A DNA stretch of 62,955 nt, the filler included. It is 6 parts of 6 records of this genome, joined end to end, with 100 filler letters (N's around TTAATTAATTAA, not from the genome) between each part and the next. Parts side by side here need not be neighbours in the genome. Positions count along the whole stretch, not along the records: positions 1 to 13,572 come from SRR2962707_5037; positions 13,673 to 24,755 come from SRR2962707_5039; 4 more parts are not named here. One strand, 5' to 3'. Made by a program: the position numbers and the translations under genes. Shown here piece after piece: positions 8,624-19,945 of this stretch. Below the pieces are notes generated by a model. The model had not been told where the DNA came from and made no database searches. It saw only the letters and a program-made list of their open reading frames with translations. Each line of letters starts with the position of its first letter. Positions within the stretch are counted from its first letter, which is position 1.

Positions 8624-11446
8624 ATGAAATATATCTTAATACTTTTTGTATTGTGCTTCAGTATAGGAAATGCACAACAAAAAAATAATAACTTTAAAAA
8701 CCTCAGTGCAGAGATTCCTTTTGACCCTTCTGTAAAAAGAGGCACCTTAGAAAACGGACTTACATATTATTTAAAAAAGAATGAAAAACCTAGTGGTAAA
8801 GCTGAGCTAAGATTGGTTATAGATGCAGGTTCTATTTTAGAAAATCCAGATCAATTGGGCTTAGCTCACTTTATTGAGCATATGGCTTTTAATGGCACAA
8901 AATCTTTTGAAAAAAATGATTTAATAGATTACTTACAAAGTATCGGGGTTGCTTTTGGGGCTGACTTAAATGCTCATACAAGTTTTGATGAGACCGTTTA
9001 TAAATTAACAGTTCCTACAGACACCAATAATTTTTTTGAAACTAGCTTACAAATTTTAAGAGAATGGGCAGATGGAGTCACTTTTGATCCATCAGAAATA
9101 GATAAAGAACGTGGCGTTGTTGCAGAAGAATTAAGAGCTAGAAACAATGCAAATTCTAGATTATACGACCATACTATTGGCGCTATGACAAATAATTCTA
9201 GATATGCAGATCGATTACCTATTGGAAATTTAGACGTTATTTTAAATTCAAAATATGAATCGCTAACTAATTTTTATAAAGATTGGTATCGTCCCGATTT
9301 AATGGCAGTTATTATTGTAGGAGATATTGATATTACTAAAACTGAGAAAAGTATTAAAAAACATTTCAGTTCTCTAAAATCATCCAATAAGGATATTCGT
9401 CCTAGAAAGAGGTATTCTATTCCTACAAATGAAGAGCCTGTTATAAAAGTAGCCACAGATAAAGAAGCTAGAAATGTAAATCTCTCTCTGTATTACAAAA
9501 AAGATTCACAAACAACTACTACTTTAGAAGATTATAAACAATTACTTATTAGATCTTTATTTTCTGGAATGCTTAAGGAGCGTCTTGCTGAAATTGAGTT
9601 AGAAAAAAACACGCCTATTTTGTCTTCCACTGCAGGCTTAGGAAGTTTTTTAGCAGATAAAGAGTCATTCTATGTAAGAGGAATCTTGAAGGAGAATCAA
9701 ATAGAAGAAGGTGTTTCTGTTTTACTAAGAGAAAATATAAGAATTAAAAAACATGGTTTTACTGAGACTGAATTAAAGAGGTACAAAGCATTTCTTTTAA
9801 ATAATGCATTATTATTTGAAAAGGAAAAAGGAAAAATTCCTTCTAAATATTACGTAGAAGAATTAATAGATAATTTTACTTATAGCGATCCTTTCCCTGG
9901 AGAAAGCTTTAGATACAACTTCTATAAAGAGATACTTCCTTCTATTACGCTTGCAGATATTAATAAACTTGGAAAGGAATGGGTTGTAAGTAAAGGATTG
10001 AGTATTATTTTAAAAGCACCTGAAAAAGAAGGGCTTGATATTCCTTCAGAAGGAACAATAAAACAACTGTTGAGTAAAATTGAAACGGAGAGTATAGAGC
10101 CTTATATAGACTCTTTAGCAAAAAAAGAAATCGCCATTACAATTGATAAAGAAGGGGAAATTATTGATAGTTCTTATAATAAGAAAATAAACGTTTCTAA
10201 ATGGAAATTAGAAAATGGCATTACAATTATTGCAAAACCTACTACACTTCAAAATGACTTAATTTCTCTTAGCGGATTTCGCCCAGGAGGGAGTTCGTTA
10301 GCTGCAGATTCCATATATGTTTCAGCAAGAAATGCAGGAAGTATTATAGGTTCAAGCGGAATACTAAATATATCTGGGTTAGAATTAGAGAAACTTAATA
10401 TGGGAAAAACCATTTCCTTAACTCCTTTTATAAATTTTTATGAAGAGTTATTTTCAGGAAGTAGCACTGCTGAAGAGCTAGAACGTATGCTTACAATGTT
10501 ACATTTATATTTTACAAACCCTAATAAGGATATATTACAATTTGAAGCGGACAAGCAACGTATGATTGCTGGCACTAAAAATGACTCACTAAATCCTGAT
10601 ACTGTATTTGATAATGAGATTAGTCGAATTATGACGAATAATCACCTAAGAGGTATTCCTATTACCGAAAAACAGATAGAAAATGAATTAAATTTAGATA
10701 CTGCTTTTGATTTTTATAAAAACCGTTTTTCATCTGCCAATGGTTTCACTTTTATTTTTGTAGGAAGTTTTGACCTTCAAAAGCTTAAAGAATTGAGTAA
10801 AAAATATTTAGGAACACTTCCTTCAAATCAAACTGAAAAAAGTGATTGGAAGGATATTGGATTACGCAGAATTATAGGGGTACATAAAAATACTATTCTA
10901 AAAGGAAACGAAAATAAATCAAAGGTAGATATAAGATATACTGGAACCCTTGACTATACATTAGAAAAAGAACTCTCCATTAGTCTTTTAGGAGATTTAT
11001 TAAAAATAAAACTTACTGAAGAATTAAGAGAAAGTATGTCTGGAGTTTATGGTGTTCAAGCTTCTGGGTATTCTACTGATACTCCGTATAATTGGTATCG
11101 AATGCATATACGCTTTACCTGTGCTCCTGAAAACAGAGATGTCTTAATAAATAAGGTACATGAAGTAATAGCTGATATTAAAAAAAAGGGGGCTTCTGAA
11201 AAGGACGTAAAAAAAATTATAGAAACAAGGATTAATCGCGCTAAAGATGGATTAAAATATAATCAATATTGGAGTTCAAAGCTTAAAAGTGCAGAGATAT
11301 ACAATTGGAATCCTGAAGATATTTTGGATTATAAGAAGAATTTAGAAAAAGTAGACTCTAATTACTTTAAAAAAGCAGCCAACACATATTTTAATAATGA
11401 TAATTATGTAGAAACAATTTTAATTCCTGAGAATCTTAATCAATAG
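8624..11446 (+). CDS. M16-family zinc protease (PqqL-like), exported
   Basis: Signal peptide; inverzincin motif 'GLAHFIEHMAFNGT', 'NAHTSFDETVY', 'FYKDWYRPD', C-terminal 'LRESMSGVY'. Confidence 0.92.
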   Translation: MKYILILFVLCFSIGNAQQKNNNFKNLSAEIPFDPSVKRGTLENGLTYYLKKNEKPSGKAELRLVIDAGSILENPDQLGLAHFIEHMAFNGTKSFEKNDLIDYLQSIGVAFGADLNAHTSFDETVYKLTVPTDTNNFFETSLQILREWADGVTFDPSEIDKERGVVAEELRARNNANSRLYDHTIGAMTNNSRYADRLPIGNLDVILNSKYESLTNFYKDWYRPDLMAVIIVGDIDITKTEKSIKKHFSSLKSSNKDIRPRKRYSIPTNEEPVIKVATDKEARNVNLSLYYKKDSQTTTTLEDYKQLLIRSLFSGMLKERLAEIELEKNTPILSSTAGLGSFLADKESFYVRGILKENQIEEGVSVLLRENIRIKKHGFTETELKRYKAFLLNNALLFEKEKGKIPSKYYVEELIDNFTYSDPFPGESFRYNFYKEILPSITLADINKLGKEWVVSKGLSIILKAPEKEGLDIPSEGTIKQLLSKIETESIEPYIDSLAKKEIAITIDKEGEIIDSSYNKKINVSKWKLENGITIIAKPTTLQNDLISLSGFRPGGSSLAADSIYVSARNAGSIIGSSGILNISGLELEKLNMGKTISLTPFINFYEELFSGSSTAEELERMLTMLHLYFTNPNKDILQFEADKQRMIAGTKNDSLNPDTVFDNEISRIMTNNHLRGIPITEKQIENELNLDTAFDFYKNRFSSANGFTFIFVGSFDLQKLKELSKKYLGTLPSNQTEKSDWKDIGLRRIIGVHKNTILKGNENKSKVDIRYTGTLDYTLEKELSISLLGDLLKIKLTEELRESMSGVYGVQASGYSTDTPYNWYRMHIRFTCAPENRDVLINKVHEVIADIKKKGASEKDVKKIIETRINRAKDGLKYNQYWSSKLKSAEIYNWNPEDILDYKKNLEKVDSNYFKKAANTYFNNDNYVETILIPENLNQ

Positions 11447-11555
11447 AACCATATTTTAAATTTCATTTTTTCATATCATTTTATCAATAAAAGAAGGAGG
11501 TTTTATCTCCGACAAAATACTTACTTTTAAAAGTATGAAAGATAAAACCAATAAA

Positions 11556-11589
11556 AAAAATCCAGTGAAATAAGCTTCACTGGATTTTT
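11556..11589. terminator. Bidirectional intrinsic terminator
   Basis: AAAAATCCAGTGAA-ATAAGC-TTCACTGGATTTTT between convergent protease gene and katG. Confidence 0.85.
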
Positions 11590-11609
11590 CATTTTTATCT
11601 AGTACAAGA

Positions 11610-13572
<1,963 letters not shown>

Positions 13573-13672
13573 NNNNNNNNNNNNNNNNNNNNNNNNNNNN
13601 NNNNNNNNNNNNNNNNTTAATTAATTAANNNNNNNNNNNNNNNNNNNNNNNNNNNNNNNNNNNNNNNNNNNN
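13573..13672. other. Artificial contig spacer
   Basis: 44 N + TTAATTAATTAA (stops in all six frames) + 44 N. Confidence 0.99.
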
Positions 13673-13731
13673 CCTCGGTTCGTGTCCTCACGAAACGAAA
13701 TGACGCAGGTTTGTGAAGATACAAACCTTGG
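13673..13731. repeat. Inverted doublet of short palindromic repeats (REP/REPIN-like)
   Basis: CCTCGGTTCGTGTCCTCACGAAAC (13673-13696) aligns with the reverse complement of 13708-13731 (CCAAGGTTTGTATCTTCACAAACC); each unit is itself a hairpin. Confidence 0.65.
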
Positions 13732-13763
13732 CGTTGGCCTTATTTTATATCACAGTTAATAAT

Positions 13764-13793
13764 TGTCTACCCTTCGACAGGCTCAGGGTGACA
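13764..13793. repeat. REP-like palindrome of the CCCTTCGACAGGCTCAGGGTGACA type
   Basis: TGTC(T)ACCCT-TCGACAGGCTC-AGGGTGACA hairpin 11 nt beyond the BASS stop. Recognised from memory as a dispersed Bacteroidota repeat type; single copy here. Confidence 0.6.
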
Positions 13794-13804
13794 GTCTAAT
13801 ATTG

Positions 13805-14668
13805 CTAACTCCTCCTCCCCAACACATATCCCATTCCCAGCGTGGTGAAAAACGAGAAGCTGCTGTAAATGATCGCTACCATCACTACTTGCGGGTTTTG
13901 GATGATCTGCGAGCCGATGAAAATGGCCAACGCACTATTCTGTAATCCCATCTCAATTGCGATGGTATAGCGTCCGTCGTGGTTGATCCGAAAGCGTCCG
14001 GCTATCCAGTAGCCAATCAAGATCGTACCCAGGTTGAGTAATAAAAGTGGTATCGCTATGACGAGCTTCTCTCCGAGAGAACGGGCACTCTCGCCTCCCA
14101 CCGAATCGAGTCCAACGATCAGAAACACCACCAGCAGAATTCCGGGAAGTACAAATCGTAAGTACGGCTTTAGCTTGTCAGCAAAATCCGGAAAGTAATT
14201 ACGCATCAGCAATCCAATCAATACCGGAACAATGACCGTGGTACCAATATTCCAAAATGTTCGCCAGAAGGAAAGCGGCACCTCCTGTTCGCTATGCATG
14301 AATACTTCCATGGCGCCACTGGTGATCAGAGGAATGGTAAATAGGATCAGAAAGCTATTGAAGGCGGTCATGGAAATGGATAGCGCCACTCTCCCATTGA
14401 GCATGTGGGTAACCAGGTTGGAAGCCGTACCGCCCGGACAAGCGGCTATCAGCACGATCCCTACTTTATAAGCAGGATCCAAATTCCATACCGAAGCAAT
14501 CAAAAACCCGATCAAGGGCAACATAATCAGCTGGAGTGAAAGTCCGGTCAGAATGGCCTTAGGCTCAATGAAGACTCTTTTGAAACTTGTGAATGTGAGG
14601 TTTAAGCCAATGCCCCACATGATAACGGCAATGGCTATTGGAATAAGTACGTCCTGGTTGATTTGCAT
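13805..14668 (-). CDS. Bile acid:sodium symporter (BASS) family transporter
   Basis: 'ACPGGTASN', 'ALSISMT', 'IEMGLQNSALA'; multi-TM. Confidence 0.92.
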   Translation of the reverse strand: MQINQDVLIPIAIAVIMWGIGLNLTFTSFKRVFIEPKAILTGLSLQLIMLPLIGFLIASVWNLDPAYKVGIVLIAACPGGTASNLVTHMLNGRVALSISMTAFNSFLILFTIPLITSGAMEVFMHSEQEVPLSFWRTFWNIGTTVIVPVLIGLLMRNYFPDFADKLKPYLRFVLPGILLVVFLIVGLDSVGGESARSLGEKLVIAIPLLLLNLGTILIGYWIAGRFRINHDGRYTIAIEMGLQNSALAIFIGSQIIQNPQVVMVAIIYSSFSFFTTLGMGYVLGRRS

Positions 14669-15073
14669 CTAATAGACCTGCGGCCAAAGCAAGTAGATTG
14701 TCATGATGCAGATGATGAAATAGGAAGTGAGTGTAGCAGCACCTGCATAATCCTGCGCTACCCGCTGACCAAAGAACAACGCCAAAATGGAAAGGGTAGA
14801 AAGTTGTGCGCCGATCAGTCCAACCTGAGCGCTATTCTCAAAAATGAGAAAGTAAATCCCTGCTGCGCAAAAAATTCCTGATGCTGTTTCCAGCAGCGTA
14901 ATGAGCGGAATCATCAGGCCAGTCATGTTTTTCAGTGGGCTATTTACAAAATGACCGGAAAGCCATTCCTTATTGCCTTTGTAGTTAAACACTTTATCCA
15001 ACCCTGATTGCAGGAACAGGATGGCCAGGAATGCAAGACACAGAATGGGTGCGGAAAGTAGTATGTGCTTCAT
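14669..15073 (-). CDS. DoxX-family membrane protein
   Basis: 'FLQSGLDKV', 'FFGQRVAQDYAGAA'; four TM helices. Confidence 0.8.
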   Translation of the reverse strand: MKHILLSAPILCLAFLAILFLQSGLDKVFNYKGNKEWLSGHFVNSPLKNMTGLMIPLITLLETASGIFCAAGIYFLIFENSAQVGLIGAQLSTLSILALFFGQRVAQDYAGAATLTSYFIICIMTIYLLWPQVY

Positions 15074-15112
15074 GGCACCAATTTAATAAGAATGAACCAG
15101 CCAGCAGAAATA

Positions 15113-16084
15113 TCAATGATTCATCACTTCCACCAATCGCATGAGCTCACTATTGATCGGTTTTGTTTTGCTAATAGCGAGTTTGAAACTAGTATATACC
15201 ACCTTATCATCAATGATACCTGCCATCACATTTGCTTTCCCATCTACCAACCCCTCTACAGCTGCCAGACCTAGTCGGGATGCCAATATTCTATCCAGTG
15301 ACGTAGGCGAACCTCCTCTTTGTAGGTGACCTAATGTGGATACGCGAATATCCAACTTAGGGAGCTTTTGCATGACCTTATTAGCGATCTCGTGTGCATT
15401 ACCCTGCTCATCGCCCTCTGCTACAATCACGATTGCAGAGGTTTTTTCCTTGTCTCTGCCTTTATTCAGTGTATCGATTACATCCTGAATCGTAGTAGAT
15501 GTTTCCGGCACCATTACCAGCTCCGCTCCCCCACCTATTCCAGAATGGATCGCAATGTACCCGGAATGACGCCCCATCACTTCAATGAAAAAGACCCGAT
15601 CATGTGAATTAGCCGTGTCTCTTATTTTATCTATTGCCTCCAGTGCCGTGTTTACGGCCGTATCAAATCCGATGGTATAATCCGACCCATACAGATCATT
15701 ATCGATTGTTCCGGGCGCACCGACTGTCGGGATGCCGTATTCTTCATAAAAAATGTTAGCTCCGGTAAAGGTCCCATCCCCTCCGATAGCCACCAGGCCA
15801 TCAATGCCTTTGGCTTTGAGCTGCTCGTACGCCTTTTTGCGTCCTTCTTTCGTTTTAAACTCTTCGCTACGGGCTGACTTCAGGATCGTTCCCCCTTTTT
15901 GTAAAATATTGCTCACTGAATAGGATTTCATCAGGCTCATATCTCCGCTGATGATGCCATTGTATCCATAGCGGATCCCATACACATTCAACCCCAGACT
16001 AATTCCCGAACGAACGACCGCTCTCACGCAGGCATTCATGCCTGGTGCGTCTCCTCCGGAAGTAAATACTCCAATGTTTTTCAT
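15113..16084 (-). CDS. pfkA: 6-phosphofructokinase
   Basis: 'TSGGDAPGMNA', 'IGGDGT', 'TIDND', 'EVMGR', 'LGHLQRGG'. Confidence 0.97.
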   Translation of the reverse strand: MKNIGVFTSGGDAPGMNACVRAVVRSGISLGLNVYGIRYGYNGIISGDMSLMKSYSVSNILQKGGTILKSARSEEFKTKEGRKKAYEQLKAKGIDGLVAIGGDGTFTGANIFYEEYGIPTVGAPGTIDNDLYGSDYTIGFDTAVNTALEAIDKIRDTANSHDRVFFIEVMGRHSGYIAIHSGIGGGAELVMVPETSTTIQDVIDTLNKGRDKEKTSAIVIVAEGDEQGNAHEIANKVMQKLPKLDIRVSTLGHLQRGGSPTSLDRILASRLGLAAVEGLVDGKANVMAGIIDDKVVYTSFKLAISKTKPINSELMRLVEVMNH

Positions 16085-16096
16085 TTCTCTTTCAAG

Positions 16097-17068
16097 TTAG
16101 TTGATTGCTGCGTTTGGTCCATCCAAATACTTCCAAACCAGACTGGAAGCTCCTAAAATAGGTGCGTCATCGTCTTTAAGTCCGGATGGTTGCAATTCTA
16201 TTTTTTTATCTCTGAAAAGTGGCATTAAAAAATGCTCCATGTTTTCCTGAGCCGGTTTGAAAATATGCTCTCCGGCTTTAGACAGCCCGCCAAGCAAAAA
16301 GATCGCTTCCGGGTCTGTATGAACCACAAAATCTGAGAGCTTCATTCCCAATACTCTGCCTGTATAATTAAACGCTTCAATTGCTATTTTGTCTCCTTTT
16401 GCTGCTGCCTCAGTGATGGTTTTTGTACTCAGATCATCAAAACTTATGGACCGGAGCATACTGGGATCTGTATAGTCTGCAAGCAACTTATAAACTGTAC
16501 GTCTGATTCCGGTAGCGCTCACATAGGTCTCCAGGCATCCTCTTTTTCCACACCCGCAAAACCGCCCATTGGCATTTACCAGGGTGTGACCCAGCTCACC
16601 GGCAAATCCGTGCTTTCCATAAACCAGGTCTCCATTGATCACGATACCACTGCCAAGACCTGTGCCTACGGTTAGCACCACAAAGTCTTTCATTTTCTTC
16701 GCCTTTCCGTAGACCATCTCCCCCAATGCTGCTGCATTTGCATCATTGGTCAACACACATTTGACCTTAAATGCTTTTTCAACTTCAGCCGCAAACTTTG
16801 AAACTCCTTTCCATGGTAAATTGGGCGGATTAACAATTGTGCCATTATAATAATTGGCATTTGGAGCTCCTACCCCTACACCGATGACGTCAGCCAAGGG
16901 ATGAATATTCTCGATTTCCTTTTTTAGCGAAGCAATGAATGAATAATAATCACTGTATTGCTGTGTTTTGATGCGGGACTGAGCCAGAATATTACCATCC
17001 CTGTCTGCTATTCCAAATTTGGAATTGGTACCTCCTATATCAATGCCTATAGCCAGTTTCTTACCCAT
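16097..17068 (-). CDS. ROK-family sugar kinase (probable glucokinase)
   Basis: 'GIDIGGT', 'NDANAAALGE', 'GELGH...CGCGKRGCLE'; no HTH domain. Confidence 0.92.
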   Translation of the reverse strand: MGKKLAIGIDIGGTNSKFGIADRDGNILAQSRIKTQQYSDYYSFIASLKKEIENIHPLADVIGVGVGAPNANYYNGTIVNPPNLPWKGVSKFAAEVEKAFKVKCVLTNDANAAALGEMVYGKAKKMKDFVVLTVGTGLGSGIVINGDLVYGKHGFAGELGHTLVNANGRFCGCGKRGCLETYVSATGIRRTVYKLLADYTDPSMLRSISFDDLSTKTITEAAAKGDKIAIEAFNYTGRVLGMKLSDFVVHTDPEAIFLLGGLSKAGEHIFKPAQENMEHFLMPLFRDKKIELQPSGLKDDDAPILGASSLVWKYLDGPNAAIN

Positions 17069-17072
17069 AAAA

Positions 17073-18602
17073 TTAAGCTTCTCCTTCTTTCATGATCACT
17101 TCATCTTTATCATCAACTTTTAAACAAAGTAAACCCGCGACAATCATGGAAGCACCACCTAGAATTATTGCAAAGATGAATTCACTATCAAAAAAAGTGG
17201 CCACTAGAAACCCAAGAATACTAGCTGCTACAATCTGAGGGATTACAATGAAAAAATTGAAAATGCCCATGTAATAGCCCATCTTTTTTGGTGGAAGTGA
17301 TCCGGATAACATGGCGTACGGGATAGAAAGAATACTTGCCCATGCAATACCAACACCAACCATTGACAGGATTAACCACATTGGATTCTGAATAAAATAA
17401 AAAGAGATCAAACCCGCGCCTCCACAAATCAAAGCAATCATGTGAGTCACCTTACGACTCACCACCTTGGCTAAAATCGGTAATGCCAATGCTGCAAGTG
17501 CTGCAATTCCATTATACCCGGCAAATAATAGTGACACCCAATCCGCTCCATCATTATAAGCCGCAGACGTAGTATTAGTTGCCTTATAAATATGAGCAGT
17601 TACTGCAGAAGTACTATAAATCCACATCGCGAAGAGAGCAAACCATGAGAAAAACTGTACATAGGCTAACTGTACCATCGTTTTAGGCATGTTTTGAAAA
17701 TCACGAACTATCTGAACAAACCCATTATGGTACCGATTTCTACCCATCAGGATAGCACCAGTCACATAGGAAAGACCGAACAATCCGAATATCCCACATA
17801 GTACATAAAGCTGAGGATCAAACCCTTGAACAGTAAACCAGGATGCTAACGCACCTCCGATACCTAGCAATGCTACACCTCTCGACATATATTGCCGGGG
17901 AGTAAATTTTATATTGAGTGGTTGATTTTCCTTTGATTCTTTGATGTCTTCCTCAGATGGTGGATACTCTTTCGTAGTAAACACAGTCCACAAGACGGCT
18001 ACCAAAAATGCAATACCACCCACGTAGAATGACCACTTAACAGAATCGGGAATTTGACCTTCCGCAGCGGTGTTACTCACACCAATCAGGTTAGTAAAAA
18101 CCCATGGTAACGCAGAAGCTACTACGGCCCCTACCCCGATAAAAAAACTTTGCATTGCAAAACCCTTCGTTCGCTGCTCAGGTGGAAGCATATCCCCAAC
18201 AAATGCTCGGAAAGGTTCCATGCTTATATTGATCGAACCATCCATTATCCAAAGCATACCTATGGCAATCCATAGCGTTGGAGAGTTGGGCATCACAAAG
18301 AGTGCAATGGTGGCCAGAATAGCACCTATCGCAAAAAATGGACGTCTCCTGCCCCATCGTGGATGCCAGGTTCTATCACTTAAATATCCGATGACAGGCT
18401 GCACAATCAGTCCGGTAACTGGTGCTGCCAGCCAGTAAAAAGCCAGGTTCTTTGTATCCGCTCCAAGCGTTTCAAAAATCCTACTGGTATTGGCATTTTG
18501 CAAGGCAAAACCAAATTGGATACCGAGAAACCCAAAGCTCATGTTCCATATCTGCCAAAAGCTTAGCCTGGGCTTCTCTGAACTTAACGATACATCACTC
18601 AT
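17073..18602 (-). CDS. MFS sugar transporter (maltose/GPH-like)
   Basis: 'WNMSFGFLGIQFGF', 'SDRTW...GRRRPF', 'MGIFNFFIVIPQ'; ATG at 18602 overlaps the upstream stop. Confidence 0.9.
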   Translation of the reverse strand: MSDVSLSSEKPRLSFWQIWNMSFGFLGIQFGFALQNANTSRIFETLGADTKNLAFYWLAAPVTGLIVQPVIGYLSDRTWHPRWGRRRPFFAIGAILATIALFVMPNSPTLWIAIGMLWIMDGSINISMEPFRAFVGDMLPPEQRTKGFAMQSFFIGVGAVVASALPWVFTNLIGVSNTAAEGQIPDSVKWSFYVGGIAFLVAVLWTVFTTKEYPPSEEDIKESKENQPLNIKFTPRQYMSRGVALLGIGGALASWFTVQGFDPQLYVLCGIFGLFGLSYVTGAILMGRNRYHNGFVQIVRDFQNMPKTMVQLAYVQFFSWFALFAMWIYSTSAVTAHIYKATNTTSAAYNDGADWVSLLFAGYNGIAALAALALPILAKVVSRKVTHMIALICGGAGLISFYFIQNPMWLILSMVGVGIAWASILSIPYAMLSGSLPPKKMGYYMGIFNFFIVIPQIVAASILGFLVATFFDSEFIFAIILGGASMIVAGLLCLKVDDKDEVIMKEGEA

Positions 18603-19944
18603 TATTCTCACGTTTTATCCCAACAAAATATTGGTAAGGTTGCATTTCAGTCAATGATGAGCTAGCCTTTTCTCCGCTAAATACATCTGTAAATTTCCAG
18701 GATTCTGGGATTGAAACAGATCGATTTTCATTGGAAAGGTTGATAATAACATCCACTCGGTTTCCGCCTTTCTCTCTTGTGTAAGCAATCACCATCGGAT
18801 TATTCACATCAACAAATTCAGGCCTTCCACCATATTCTCCGTTATATAAAGCAGGATTGTCTTTCTTCAAATTAATTAAAGACTGATAGAAGTCCTGATA
18901 CATTACCTCACCCCAATCGATAGTGTCTTTCTCAAAAAATGCTAATCGCTCATCCAGACCAGCTTCTTGTCCGCTGTAAATCAACGGCATCCCCTGTACG
19001 GTAAAAGCGAAAACGGCATACGCTTTATGCCCTTCGCCGAATCTTTCGAAGACTGTTCCGTTCCATGAGTTTTCGTCATGATTGGTTGTGAAATTCATCC
19101 GGATAGCTTCTACAGGATACCTTTCGTAATCCTTATTCACAAAGTTTTTTAGACTGTCTGCATTTTTATGACCTTTTGCTACCTCGTTCATGTAATGATG
19201 AAGTCCCCAGCCGTAGGTCATGTGAAAAGCGTCTTCATGCATCTTAGGCTCATCCCACTCTGCCAGCATGAACAGATCTTTAACTACGTCCAGTGAGTCC
19301 TTAGCACGATTCCAAAACTCCATTGGGACAAAACCGGCCACATCACAGCGATAACCATCGATATCTGTTTCGTTCACCCAATACCTAAGCGACTCGATCA
19401 TCTCGTTCTGCATATCCATGTTATCGTAATTCAGGTCAGCCACATCAGTCCAGTCTGTTCCATCCGGCCAGGTCACATTACCCAATGAATCTGTATTGTG
19501 ATATCCTTTTTTTTCTGTCCAGGGATGATCAAAGGCGGTATGATTTGCTACCCAATCCAAAATGACCATCATGTCATTCGCATGTGCCTGATCAACCAAA
19601 GCTTTAAAATCTTCTAATGTGCCAAACTCCGGGTTGACAGCTATATAGTCTTTGATTGAGTAGTAGCTTCCTAGCCCTCCTTTTCTGTTCTTTTCTCCTA
19701 TGGGCTGAATGGGCATGATCCATAGAATATCCACACCCAATTCGTTTAGACGAGGAATGTGACTTGCGAAAGCATTGAAGGTTCCTTCTGGGGTATATTG
19801 GCGTATGTTAACTTCATAAATCACCATGTCTTTAGCTCGCTCCGGAAAGGTCTGTATGGTCTCTGTTTCCTGTACTCCACTTTTGGTTTGAGAACAGGAA
19901 CCAATAAGTAATACCAAAAAGGTTAGGTTGGTTATGATCTTCAT
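18595..19944 (-). CDS. GH13 alpha-amylase-family lipoprotein
   Basis: Lipobox IGSC; 'DWVANH', 'DGYRCDVA', 'LAEW', 'TNHDE' conserved regions I-IV. Confidence 0.92.
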   Translation of the reverse strand: MKIITNLTFLVLLIGSCSQTKSGVQETETIQTFPERAKDMVIYEVNIRQYTPEGTFNAFASHIPRLNELGVDILWIMPIQPIGEKNRKGGLGSYYSIKDYIAVNPEFGTLEDFKALVDQAHANDMMVILDWVANHTAFDHPWTEKKGYHNTDSLGNVTWPDGTDWTDVADLNYDNMDMQNEMIESLRYWVNETDIDGYRCDVAGFVPMEFWNRAKDSLDVVKDLFMLAEWDEPKMHEDAFHMTYGWGLHHYMNEVAKGHKNADSLKNFVNKDYERYPVEAIRMNFTTNHDENSWNGTVFERFGEGHKAYAVFAFTVQGMPLIYSGQEAGLDERLAFFEKDTIDWGEVMYQDFYQSLINLKKDNPALYNGEYGGRPEFVDVNNPMVIAYTREKGGNRVDVIINLSNENRSVSIPESWKFTDVFSGEKASSSLTEMQPYQYFVGIKRENNE

Positions 19945-19945
19945 T

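Noticed and set aside
13763-13945. 60-aa ORF starting MSTLRQAQGD
   Set aside because: It is a translation of the REP-like hairpin plus antisense overlap with the BASS gene.
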